DNA of 64,000 nucleotides from an uncultured Spirochaetota bacterium. Its GTDB lineage: Bacteria; Spirochaetota; Spirochaetia; SZUA-6; Fen-1364. Location: the NCBI GenBank assembly GCA_963734545.1, contig CAVTHO010000004.1, forward strand, positions 448,001-512,000. Direction: 5' to 3'. The position numbers were made by a program, and so were the translations under genes. Each line of letters opens with the position of its first letter. The first letter of the stretch is position 1. Shown here piece after piece: positions 18,861-28,930 of this stretch. The notes below the pieces were generated by a model. That model was not told the origin of the DNA, searched no databases, and worked only from the letters and a program-made list of their open reading frames with translations.

Positions 18861-21449
18861 ATGGAAAAACTGAAGGTCTCCAACGGCATTTTCTGGGTCG
18901 AGGTGCCGGAAGCTGATCTCCGAATCCTCTGCGGATGCCCGGCGGACAGCGTCAAGCACCTGATGAAGCGCGGCCTCATTGCGGAGCGGCAGAAGGCGGG
19001 GGTCAGCTACGAGACCGGACCCAACGCCATCCTGCTGTGCGACTCGCCCATCCAGAATGGCTGTTTCACCAATCTCTCCGAGTTCCCCGTCCTGCAGATG
19101 CTCTACCGGCAGGGCATGATCATCCCCGGGCACCCGAACAATACCGGCCGGAAGCCGATGCTCATCGGCCTCGAAGACCAGGTGCGCTCGCAGGCGCAGT
19201 ATATCTTCCGCGGCAACTACGGGCTGGCGTCGGAAGAAGAGATCACGGCGTGCGGCGTGCCCGCCGAAACCGCGCGTGAGATGATGCGTATGAAGCGCTG
19301 GTTCGCATTCGGCAGGATCCGGGAAACCGAAGAGCTGTTGTCCATGAAGATCGTGGACAAGGACGCCATCGAGCTTGCGCCCGGCGTGTTTGTGCACAGG
19401 AGAGGAATAAACCGCTGGGAGTTCCTGGCCGGCGCCGAATCCCTGGAGGTGGATCTCAACCTGGGCCCCGGTGAGGAATACGAGGCGCCCTTCAACCTCG
19501 GTTCCCACACGCTGCGCCGTGAGTACTTCTCCGTGATCCACATCGGGGAAGGAGACGGATGGGACCCTTCCAAGCCCTGCATGGGGAGCATCCTCTGCAT
19601 CCAGGGCCGGCTGTACCTCATAGACGCGGGCCCGAACATCCTCCACACGCTGCGGGCCCTGGGCATCGGCGTCAATGAGATCGAGGGGATCTTTCACACG
19701 CACTGCCACGACGATCACTTTGCCGGGCTCACCTCCCTGGTGCGCTCGGATCGGCGGCTGCGCTACTTCGCGGCGCCGTACGTGCGGGCGAGCGTGGAGA
19801 AGAAGCTGGCTGCGCTCATGGGCATCGATCAGCGGCGGTTCGCGCGCCTGTTCGACGTGCACGACCTCGTGCCGGGAGAATGGAACGCGGTGGAGGGTCT
19901 GGACGTGCGCCCCGTGTTCGCCCCTCACCCGGTGGAGAACACGGTCCTCTTCTTCCGCGCGCTGGATGAGAAGGGAGTGAAGACCTACACCCACCTTGCG
20001 GACCTGACCTCTCTCGAGGTGCTGGATCAGATGGTGACGAATGATCCGGCGAAAGACGGGATATCCCCGGAAACCCGGGACCTCTTCAAGCGGGAGATGC
20101 TGGAGCCGCTGGATTTGAAGAAGGTGGATGCCGGGGGAGGCCGCATCCACGGAAAGCCGGAGGACTTCTCCACCGACTCCTCGAGAAAGATCATCATGAG
20201 CCACTCGGCTGTCCCGCTCACGGAGGCGCAGAAGGAAATCGGCTCGAGCGCGGCGTTCGGGCAGAGCGACGTGCTGATTCCCGTCCAGCATCAGACCTAC
20301 ATCCTGCGCTCCGCCCACCGCTACCTCAAGACGTACTTCCCCGAGGTCTCCCGGCACGAGCTGGAGATGCTGCTCAACTGCAGCATCGCGGCATTCAACG
20401 CCGGCTCCATCATGATCAGGAAGGGCGAGCGAAACACCGACATCTTCCTGATCCTGAGCGGAACGGCGGAGGTGATCGACAGGGAGGCGGGCTTTCACAG
20501 CCGGCAGGCTGCCGGGGCCCTTGCCGGAGAGCTCTCCGCGCTGTCGAACGAGGCCTCCCACCGGACCTTCCGCGCGGAGAGTGACCTCGCTGCCCTGCGC
20601 ATCCCCTGCGAGACGTACCGGCATTTCATCCGTAGAAACGGCATCGAGGAGTCCGTGCTCAAGGTCCGGGAGAATCGCCAGCTCCTCTTCAATACGCGGC
20701 TGTTCGGCGACATGGTCTCATTTACCGCTCAGCGTGAGATCGCGCGGGTCATGGAGAGACGGCAGATGGCCATGGGAACGTTTGCGCCGCATGACTCGAA
20801 GCTGAGCCTGTTCATTCTGGCGGACGGGGAAATCTCGCTCCTGTCGGACGAGACTCCCATCGAGGTCATCTTTCCCGGAGACTGCTGGGGTGAGATATCT
20901 GTCGTGGAGGGACTCCCGACAGTATGCCGGGCGCTGGCGTTGCGGGATTCGGTATACTACGCCATTCCCGCTGAATCACTGCAGGAGTTCCCCAGCGTCT
21001 ACCTCAAGCTCCTCGAGGTCTTTGACCGGCGCCTGAAGATCATCCGGACGAAGTTCCATTTCGAGTGGCAGGACTTTTACGCCGTGGGCGTTGCGGGCAT
21101 CGATGATGAGCACAAGGAGCTCTTCGGACTTGCGAGTGAGCTGTCGCGAATCTCGACCGCGGAGGGAGCGGGGGCCCGCCGCGAATTGTGGGTGGCGTTT
21201 CTCGAGCGGGTGCGCTCACACTTCAAGAATGAAGAGTCCCTGCTCGAAGCCCGCGGGTATCCCCGGCTGCCGGCCCAGCAGGCGGATCACCGGTTCCTCC
21301 TGTCCGAGCTGGAGGACGTCGTGAAAACGGGCAAGTCCGGTGACGCCCTGCTGAAGGACTGGCTGATCCGCCACACGCTGATCGAGGACCGGCTTTTCCA
21401 GGACTTTTTCGCGGAACGAAGGGTGGGCAAGAAAGCCCGTCGCAGCTGA
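18861..21449 (+). CDS. Fusion of MBL-fold metallo-hydrolase, cNMP-binding domain(s) and bacteriohemerythrin
   Basis: HTHCHDDH MBL motif. cNMP-like IRKGE…FLILSG…GELSAL. C-terminal W..FYAVGVAGIDDEHKELF…HFKNEE…GYP…H…WLIRH…ED. Confidence 0.85.
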   Translation: MEKLKVSNGIFWVEVPEADLRILCGCPADSVKHLMKRGLIAERQKAGVSYETGPNAILLCDSPIQNGCFTNLSEFPVLQMLYRQGMIIPGHPNNTGRKPMLIGLEDQVRSQAQYIFRGNYGLASEEEITACGVPAETAREMMRMKRWFAFGRIRETEELLSMKIVDKDAIELAPGVFVHRRGINRWEFLAGAESLEVDLNLGPGEEYEAPFNLGSHTLRREYFSVIHIGEGDGWDPSKPCMGSILCIQGRLYLIDAGPNILHTLRALGIGVNEIEGIFHTHCHDDHFAGLTSLVRSDRRLRYFAAPYVRASVEKKLAALMGIDQRRFARLFDVHDLVPGEWNAVEGLDVRPVFAPHPVENTVLFFRALDEKGVKTYTHLADLTSLEVLDQMVTNDPAKDGISPETRDLFKREMLEPLDLKKVDAGGGRIHGKPEDFSTDSSRKIIMSHSAVPLTEAQKEIGSSAAFGQSDVLIPVQHQTYILRSAHRYLKTYFPEVSRHELEMLLNCSIAAFNAGSIMIRKGERNTDIFLILSGTAEVIDREAGFHSRQAAGALAGELSALSNEASHRTFRAESDLAALRIPCETYRHFIRRNGIEESVLKVRENRQLLFNTRLFGDMVSFTAQREIARVMERRQMAMGTFAPHDSKLSLFILADGEISLLSDETPIEVIFPGDCWGEISVVEGLPTVCRALALRDSVYYAIPAESLQEFPSVYLKLLEVFDRRLKIIRTKFHFEWQDFYAVGVAGIDDEHKELFGLASELSRISTAEGAGARRELWVAFLERVRSHFKNEESLLEARGYPRLPAQQADHRFLLSELEDVVKTGKSGDALLKDWLIRHTLIEDRLFQDFFAERRVGKKARRS

Positions 21450-21450
21450 C

Positions 21451-21948
21451 CTACGCCTCCTTCCTGCTCCCGAACTCTATCTTTCCCTTCTGCGCGAGCC
21501 GGGTCAGGAAATAGATCGTGCTTTCCTTTGAAAGCTTGAAGTGCGCGGCTGCCTTGTCCACGTCCACCCCGCCTGATTCTTTCGTGAACTGGAGCATCTC
21601 TTCCTCGATCTGCCCGGCCCATTCGTCGAAAAGGCCGCGCACCTCGGGCGTGGCGAACCGCGCGGTCTGCGCGCCTTCGGTCATTGCGCCCATCATCTTT
21701 CTGCACATGTCCCAGGGCATTTCGCTGTCTGATTCCCCGGCTTTTCCGCCGCCCATCATCATGCGCATCATCCCCATTGGGCCCCCTTCGCCCATCATCT
21801 TGTGCATCATGCCCTCCATCATGCTGCTCTTTTCCTCGGCGGAGAGACCTTCCATGAACTTCTCCATCATGGCTTCCATCGCCTTCTGCTTTTCCTCCGC
21901 GGACATCTTGTCCATCATGCCGTCCATCATCCGTTCTTTGATTCCCAT
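21451..21948 (-). CDS. Methionine-rich hypothetical protein with a C-terminal wHTH-like segment
   Basis: Runs such as MMEGMMHKMMGEGGPMGMMRMMMGG, then FATPEVRGLFDEW. AGGAGG RBS. Confidence 0.8.
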   Translation of the reverse strand: MGIKERMMDGMMDKMSAEEKQKAMEAMMEKFMEGLSAEEKSSMMEGMMHKMMGEGGPMGMMRMMMGGGKAGESDSEMPWDMCRKMMGAMTEGAQTARFATPEVRGLFDEWAGQIEEEMLQFTKESGGVDVDKAAAHFKLSKESTIYFLTRLAQKGKIEFGSRKEA

Positions 21949-22226
21949 GGGATCCTCCTGAAACTGTTTAGTGACGCGGTGATCTTGCTGTCGGTGAGCC
22001 GGTAGAGCACAAAGGGCCCCTGTCTCGTTGTCTGCACGATCGAGACCTGCTTCAGGACCTTCAGGTGGTGGGACACGAGGGGTTGTGAGAGCTTGAGGGC
22101 CTTCACGACCTCGTTCACCGACCGCTCTTCCTTCTCCAGAAAGAAGATGATCCGAAGTCGGTTCACGTCCGCCAGGGTCTGAAAAAGCGCGCTCAGGGTT
22201 TCCAGCTCATTCATATAAATAGCCAT
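21927..22226 (-). CDS. ArsR/SmtB family transcriptional regulator
   Basis: FQTLADVNRLRII…LSQPLVSHHLKVLK…RQGPFVLYRL. Confidence 0.9.
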   Translation of the reverse strand: MAIYMNELETLSALFQTLADVNRLRIIFFLEKEERSVNEVVKALKLSQPLVSHHLKVLKQVSIVQTTRQGPFVLYRLTDSKITASLNSFRRIPWESKNG

Positions 22227-22228
22227 AG

Positions 22229-22275
22229 ATATAAATGCTCGTTGATATAATAGGGTCAGAAAGCGGATCTGTCAA
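22229..22275 (-). promoter_or_regulatory. Sigma70 promoter of the ArsR operon with an overlapping SmtB/ArsR-type operator
   Basis: Minus-strand TTGACA (22275-22270), 17-nt spacer, TATTAT (22252-22247). Imperfect palindrome ATATAAA-N6-TTGATAT at 22229-22248. Confidence 0.65.
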
Positions 22276-22300
22276 GTCTTTTTTTCAAGCCCTGGCTTGT

Positions 22301-22348
22301 TTGACAGGCGGAAGCTTTCGTGTTAGCACTTCTGCAGGTGAGTGCTTT
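22301..22348 (+). promoter_or_regulatory. Putative promoter of the methyltransferase-GH3-kinase operon with an inverted repeat
   Basis: TTGACA (22301-22306), 17-nt spacer containing an extended TG, then TAGCAC. The inverted repeat AGCACT-N10-AGTGCT overlaps the -10 and the GTG start. Confidence 0.5.
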
Positions 22349-23054
22349 TCAGAAAGTGTACTTCGATCTGGTCTACAATCCGCTCTATGACGCCACCACG
22401 GCGAGGCTCAGCCGCTACAAGGCCCTTCAGCAGAAATGCCTCCAGGCGCTGGATCTGGAGGACGCCGGCAGCCTCCTGTGCGTGGGCCTCGGGACAGGCA
22501 ACGAGCTGGTGGCTGCCCTGCGGGCTGCCGCGCAGGTCAGGGTTTCGGGGATCGATCTTTCACCCTCGGCCCTGGCATCGAGCAGGCGGAAGCTGCGCCT
22601 TGCGGGCAGAACGGCAGACCTGCAGATCATGGACGCCTCCGCCATGCGCCACCCCGACGGCAGCTTCGATCGCGTGCTGTGCGTGCACGTCCTGGACTTC
22701 GTGGACAACCCGGGCCGGGCGGTTCGGGAGATCGTGCGCGTCCTGGCCCCGGGCGGCCGGTTCGTGATAACATTTCCTTCCCGGTTGGAGGGGCCCGCCC
22801 TTGGAGCGGCACTTGCGCGGGACGAGGTCCGCACCGCACTGCGCTCCGGCCGTCATCCCCTGGCCGTAGTGACGGATCTGCTGTTCAAGTTCATAATGGC
22901 CATTGTGTACGTGCCGCTGCTGGCGCGCAGCGGGCATCGCGTTTTTTCCGCGCAGCAGGTGCGCGCCCTTTTCGAGAAGCTGCCGGTGCGCGCGCTGGCA
23001 GTCGAGGAAGAGCGTGCGTACCAGGACTTCATTGTGACAGGAGAAAAGTCGTAA
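22338..23054 (+). CDS. Class I SAM-dependent methyltransferase
   Basis: LLCVGLGTGNE, GIDLS, DGSFDRVLC and RVLAPGGRF motifs. The stop overlaps the GH3 start (TAATG). Confidence 0.88.
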   Translation: MSAFQKVYFDLVYNPLYDATTARLSRYKALQQKCLQALDLEDAGSLLCVGLGTGNELVAALRAAAQVRVSGIDLSPSALASSRRKLRLAGRTADLQIMDASAMRHPDGSFDRVLCVHVLDFVDNPGRAVREIVRVLAPGGRFVITFPSRLEGPALGAALARDEVRTALRSGRHPLAVVTDLLFKFIMAIVYVPLLARSGHRVFSAQQVRALFEKLPVRALAVEEERAYQDFIVTGEKS

Positions 23055-24665
23055 TGCTGCCCGAGGACGCCTATTTCAAGACCCTTGACAGCCCGGAGCT
23101 GTGGAAACGCTACTGCGGTTTCCTGGACCTGACCGTCGAGGACTTCATGCAGATCCAGCGCTCGCTGCTCGCGGAAGAGCTGTCCCTGGTGGCGGACAGC
23201 ATCCTCGGCAGGAAGATCCTCGGGGCCAGGCCGCCGCTCTCCATCGAGGAGTTCCGCCAGTCCGTGCCCTTCACGACCTACAGTGACTACGAGCCGTACC
23301 TGAGCGAGAAGCGCGAGGATGCGCTCGCCGCCAGACCCGCCGCATGGTGTCATTCCTCGGGCCGCAGCGGAAAGTTCAAATGGGTCCCCCACAGCGAGCT
23401 GTTCATGGAGAAGGCCACCCGCAACTGCATGGCGGCCCTCATCCTGTCCGCCGCGTCCCGCCGCGGCGAGATCGCGCTCGCGCCCGGCGTCCGGATCCTC
23501 ACCGTGCTTCCCCTCGCGCCCTACACATCGGGCACCATCTTCGAGCACGTGAGAAAGCGGTTCACCTTCCAGCCCCTGCCGCCGCCGGAATCCGTGGAGT
23601 CACTCTCCTTTCCCGAGCAGGTCAGCCGCGCCTTCCAGATGGCGCTCAGGGACGGGTTCGATTTTGCCGGTGCCATCGCCAGCGTGCTCGTGCGGATGGG
23701 GGCGCAGATGGCGGGCCATGCCGCAAGGACCTCGAAGCTGTCCCCGGCCGCGTTCCATCCCAAGGTGCTTTTCCGACTGCTGCGCGGCCTTGTCAGAAGC
23801 CGGCTCCAGAACCGGCCCGTGTATCCACGGGACCTGTGGAGCTCCCAGGGGGATCCTGGCCGGGGGCGTGGATACCAGCATCTACTGCGACGACATCGAG
23901 AAGTACTGGGGCGTCACCCCCTTTGACATGTATGTGAGCACCGAGACCCTGTTCGTCGCAATGCAGAGCTGGGCCAAAGCGCACATGACCTTCCTGCCGG
24001 ATTCGGTCTTCCTGGAGTTCGTTCCCCACACCGGCAGGGAAGGAGCGGAGCCGAGGCGGGACAGCGCCCTGCTGCTGGACCAGCTCGAACCGGGCGGCCT
24101 CTACGAGGTGATCGTCACGCAGTTCCACGGCATGCCCCTCCTGCGCTACCGCATCGGGGACGTGATCAGGGTGGTGAGCATCGGCGATGAAAAGACGGGA
24201 ATAAAGCTGCCCCAGGTCGAGGTCCGGCGGAAAGTCGGGGAGGCGATCAACCTCGGGAGCCTGTGCAACCTGGACGAGCGGGCGCTGTGGAGCGCCATCG
24301 CGGCCTCGGGCATTCCCTATGCCGAGTGGACGGCCCTGAAGGAGTACGATCATCATCAGACGTTTCTCCGGCTGATCATCGAGCTGAAGGCGCCCTGCAC
24401 CGCGAAAGAGGTCAGCCGGCTCGTGCACGATGAGCTGAAGAAGGTGGACCTGGACTACGAGGACGTCGAAAGGTTTCTCGGGCTCAACCCGGTCCGCACG
24501 ACCATCATCTCCGCGGGGAGCTTTGCGCGCTATGTCGAGGCGAGGATCCGCGAAGGTGCCGTGCTCTCCCACCTGAAGCCCGCGCACGTGAACCCATCGT
24601 CCGAGATGCTCAAACTGCTGCTCGGTGTGGGCTCGATAGTGGATGAGGAGAGACTGCGACAATGA
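23054..24665 (+). CDS. GH3 family acyl-adenylate-forming (acyl acid-amido synthetase-like) protein (frameshift near 23845)
   Basis: Shows EEFRQSVPFTTYSDYEPY, motif I HSSGRSGKFKWVP, motif II YVSTE, FLEFVP and motif III LLRYRIGDVI. The halves lie in ORFs 22436-23926 and 23664-24665. Confidence 0.85.
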
Positions 24666-27482
24666 GCAACGCCGGTTTCGTTCTCAGCCCGCTGATCGCG
24701 GCGGCCATGACCTGCATCCTTATCATCCTGGTTTTTCCCGCGATCTACCGCGACAGGAGCCGCCAGGTCTTCCTTCTCGTTCTGCTCAGCCTCGAGCTGT
24801 GGGCGCTCTGCACATTCGCAATGCGCTTCAGCCGGACCACGGACGCGGTCCTGATCTGGGACCGCCTGATATCCGCCTGCGTCATGGGCCTGTACGCGAC
24901 CTTCTTCCACTTCTGCCACCTCTACCTGGGCCGCAAGAGCCGCTGGCCGATGTACATCCTGTACGCGGGGACGCTCACGGCAATGGCGATCGGGCTGTTC
25001 ACGGACCTCGTGGTCAGGGGTGTCACGCGGCTCGATATCGGGTACGCCCCCCAGGTCGGTCCTGCGGCCTACGCGATGTTCGCTCCCATGCAGGTGCTCA
25101 TCATCGCAAACATGATCCGGCTCCTGCACGCGCGGCGCCGAGAAGCCTCGCTGTTCATCCGCAGGCGCCTGCTGGCCCTTGCCCTCGCCGGGCTGCTCCC
25201 GTTCTTCGGGGCCGTCGCGGACGGCTTCACGGATCTCCCTCCCATGGGGATCTGGGCCAATCTCGCTTTCTGCACGATCTGTACCGTCGTCATTCTGCGC
25301 TACCGCCTGTTCGACATCCGCGCGCTCGCCCGCACGGGCCTGGTCCGCCTCCTCATCGGCTCGATGATCGCGGTGCCCTACATCGGCGCGATCCTCGTTG
25401 CGAACGCCCTGCTGCGTGACCGCGAGAGCCTGCTCTGGATCTACGTTGTTTCCATCCTTGCCTACGCGCTGGTCATGTGGCCGGCCTACGAATGGGCGCG
25501 GCGAAGCCTGGACCGGCTCTTCAACAGCGAAAAGTATGACCACCTGCAGGCGGATGCGTGACCTTGCCCGCGGCGCGGACGCCTTCAGCGGGTCCCACGA
25601 GACCTCCAGCAGGCTGACTGCCCTCATGCAGCGGGCGCTGAACGCCACCTCTGTCTCGCTTCTGCAGCCGCTCTCGGACGGCCAGGGAATGTATCTCGTC
25701 GCGAGCAATGGTTCGCCGTGCAGCGCAAAGGGCGCGATCCTCGGCGCGGCGAGCCCCCTCGTCGACTGGTTCCACAAGCACCAGACCACGCTCTCCATGC
25801 GGACCCTGACCGTGGAGCCATTGCTGCAGAACATCCCCCAGGCGGAAAAGGCGGCGCTGGACGAGCTTCGGACCACGCTGCTGGCGCCGCTCCTGACGGC
25901 GCACGGCGCTCTTACGGGCATCCTCGTGCTCGGCCCGAAGGCATCCCGACGGCAGTACAACCTGGACGACATCCAGCTTCTGGAGAACCTCGGCGGTGAG
26001 GCGGCCATGGCGCTGGAGAACGCCGGGCTGTACCGCGACACGGTGCGGGCGCGGGAGACCCTGGAAGCGTGGCTGAACAACCTGCCCGGACGTGGTGGCA
26101 ATCGTGGACCGGGACGACGTCATCCGGTTCCTGAACAGGGAGGGTATCGGACCGGCTGGGCGTTCGGCCCGGGCAGCGCTCGTTCCTGCGCGCGGGGCCC
26201 TCCGGAGGAGAACGGCGCTCCGCGGCGTTTCACGGAGACTATCCGGGGAAGGGAGTACGAGATCGCCTCCGCGCCGCTCGTCGAGCCCGGAGGGCAGCTT
26301 TCCTCGGTGTTCGTGATGCGCGACATCACGGAGCGCAAGCAGGAGCAGGCGGAGAGGGAGCAGCTGGAGGCCCGCGCGCGGCTGGCCAGCCACCTGGCGT
26401 CGATCGGCGAGATGGCGTCGGGGATCGCGCACGAGATCAACAACCCGCTGACCGCGGTGATCGGCTACAGCCAGCTCCTCAACGAAGAAGCGCTGCCGGA
26501 GGAGGCGCGTGAGGCGGTGCGCCAGGTCCGGCAGGGCGCCACCCGGGTGGCCGGCATCGTGCAGAGGCTCCTCACCTTCGCCCGGCAGAGAAAGCCGCAG
26601 CGCGCCGCAGTGGACATGAACGAGGTCATCCGCTCCACACTCGCGCTGCGCGAATATGCCATGCGGACGGGCAACATCTACGTCACGACCCGTCTGGACC
26701 CGTCGCTCCCCCGCACCGTGGCGGACGGCCAGCAGATGCAGCAGGTGCTGCTCAACCTGATCGTCAACGCGGAATGGGCCATGAGCAGCGCCCACGGCAA
26801 GGGCGTGCTTCGGATCGTGAGCGAGAAGCACGGGGAGAACATTCACGTCCTCGTGCAGGATGACGGCCCCGGGGTCCCCCGGGAGATCCAGGACCGCATC
26901 TTCGACCCCTTCTTCACCACCCGGGAGATCGGCCAGGGCACCGGCCTGGGTCTCAGCATCTGCCACGGGATCGTGAGCGAGCACAGCGGCAGGATCTGGG
27001 TGGTGAGCGATGGGGCGCAGGGGAGCGAGTTTCACCTGACCATCCCCATCGTGGCCCCTGATTCTCCGCCCGTGGAGGCCGCCGCGATGCGGCAGGAGCC
27101 CGCCGGATCGCACACGCGCATGCTCGTGGTGGATGACGAGCCGTCGATTCGCGAGCTGCTGAAGGCGATTCTCGAGCCCATGGGCCACCGGGTGGACGAC
27201 GCCGCCGACGGCCGTTCCGCCATCGAGCGCGTGAAGGCGAACCGCTACGGCGTTATCCTGCTCGACGTCCGCATGCCCGACATGAGCGGGCTGGAAGTGT
27301 TCCAGCAATTGAAAGAGATCGCCGGCTCGATCACCTCGCGGGTGGTGTTCATGACCGGAGACCTGATGGCGGAGGAGACTCGCGCGCTGCTGGAGGAGAC
27401 AGGAGCGCCCGCGCTTGCCAAGCCCTTTGAATCGAAGGATCTCATGCTGGCCGTGGAAAGGGTTTTGAAGGCGACGCGCTGA
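24662..27482 (+). CDS. Hybrid sensor histidine kinase: N-terminal 7TM (HisKA_7TM-like), GAF, PAS, HisKA, HATPase and REC (frameshifts near 25550 and 26085-26200)
   Basis: Multi-TM N-terminus ending ILRYRLFDI, then GAF (LLAPL…GILVLGPK…DDIQLL), SGIAHEINNPL, FDPFFTT..GQGTGLGL and VVDDE/LLDVRMP. ATGA overlap with GH3. Confidence 0.88.
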
Positions 27483-27545
27483 CCGCCTGCCGGCTTGTTT
27501 GCGACCGCCATTTCTTTTCGTCAAAACAATTCGTATATTGTCGCT

Positions 27546-28505
27546 ATGTACAGTAGACTTTCCCTGTTGCGCGGTGCCCGTCCGGCCGCGGAGAACCAGG
27601 TGGGCTGGACCCCGGTGCAAGGCATCGGCAACACGCCGCTCCTGCGCCTGGACCGGATATCGCGCAACCTCCCCCCCCAGGTGCAGCTCCTTGGCAAGGC
27701 AGAGTGGATGAATCCCGGCGGATCGGTCAAGGACAGGCCGGCGGCCAGCATGATCCTGGACGGGGAGCGCCGCGGCGTGCTCCGACCGGGACTTACAATC
27801 ATCGATGCAACGTCCGGGAACACCGGGGTTGCCTACGCAATGATCGGCGCCTCCCGGGGCTATCGGGTAAAGCTCTGCGCCCCGTCGAACACGGAGGAGG
27901 GAATCCTCGGCGCACTTCGCGCATACGGCGCGGAGCTGATCCTCACCGACCCTGCCCAGGCGATGGATGGCGCCAGTCGAGAGGTTGCCCGCATCATGGC
28001 AGCGTCACCGGAGAGCTACTTTTTCCCCGACCAGATGAACAACGATGCGAACTGGAAGGCCCACTACGAGGGCACCGCGAAGGAGATCTGGGAGCAGACC
28101 GGCGGCCGGGTGACGCACTTCGTGGCAGGCGTGGGCACCGGCGGCACCCTGGTCGGCACGGGCAGGAGGCTGCGGGAGCTGAACCCGGATGTCCGCATAG
28201 CGTGCGTCCAGCCGGCATCTCCCCTGCACGGGCTCGAGGGACTGCGCCACCTGCCGACAACGATCGTCCCGCGCATCTACGACCCCACGCTTTCCGATGA
28301 GACAGTGGCCGTGGAGACCGAAGCGGCGCAGGCAATGGTCGTGCGGCTGGCCCGGGAGGAAGGGATTCTCGTGGGAGTGTCCGCGGGGGCCGCGGTAGTG
28401 GCAGCGCTCGCGGTGGCTTCCCGGCTGGAACGCGGTGTCGTGGTGACGGTGCTGCCGGAAGGCGGCCGCAGGTTCATCAACGAGAGTTTCTGGGAGGGAG
28501 CATGA
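27546..28505 (+). CDS. PLP-dependent cysteine synthase family protein (CysM/CysO-dependent type likely)
   Basis: IGNTPL, NPGGSVKDR (PLP Lys), DATSGNTG and GVGTGGT. Confidence 0.9.
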   Translation: MYSRLSLLRGARPAAENQVGWTPVQGIGNTPLLRLDRISRNLPPQVQLLGKAEWMNPGGSVKDRPAASMILDGERRGVLRPGLTIIDATSGNTGVAYAMIGASRGYRVKLCAPSNTEEGILGALRAYGAELILTDPAQAMDGASREVARIMAASPESYFFPDQMNNDANWKAHYEGTAKEIWEQTGGRVTHFVAGVGTGGTLVGTGRRLRELNPDVRIACVQPASPLHGLEGLRHLPTTIVPRIYDPTLSDETVAVETEAAQAMVVRLAREEGILVGVSAGAAVVAALAVASRLERGVVVTVLPEGGRRFINESFWEGA

Positions 28506-28930
28506 GAGTCATTGTCCCCGCGGAAATCCTGGAGCAGATGCGACGGCATGGCGAGGAGACCTACCCGCACGAATGCTGCGGCTTCATGCTGGGAAGCGCG
28601 GAAGACGGGGTGCAGCGGATCGTGGAGGTCCGCAGCCAGGCCAACGAGCGCACCGAGTCGAAAGAGAACCGGTTTCTGATCACGCCCGAGCAGTTCAAGG
28701 CCGCGGAAACGGCAGCCCGCAAGGCCCGACTTCAACTGGTGGGCATCTATCATTCACATCCCGACAGCCCTGCCCGTCCCTCCGAGTACGACCGGGATCA
28801 CGCATGGCCGTGGTTCAGCTACATCATCGTCTCGGTGAAGAAGGGCAAGGCAGATGAGGCACACGCATGGCAGCTCAAGGACGACCGATCGGGGTTCGAG
28901 GCTTTGAAGCTTGAGAAAGGAGATTCATGA
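28502..28930 (+). CDS. JAMM/MPN+ (M67, Mec-like) metalloprotease
   Basis: YPHECCG and YHSHPDSPARPSEYD give the E…HxH-x7-S-x2-D motif. Confidence 0.92.
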   Translation: MRVIVPAEILEQMRRHGEETYPHECCGFMLGSAEDGVQRIVEVRSQANERTESKENRFLITPEQFKAAETAARKARLQLVGIYHSHPDSPARPSEYDRDHAWPWFSYIIVSVKKGKADEAHAWQLKDDRSGFEALKLEKGDS

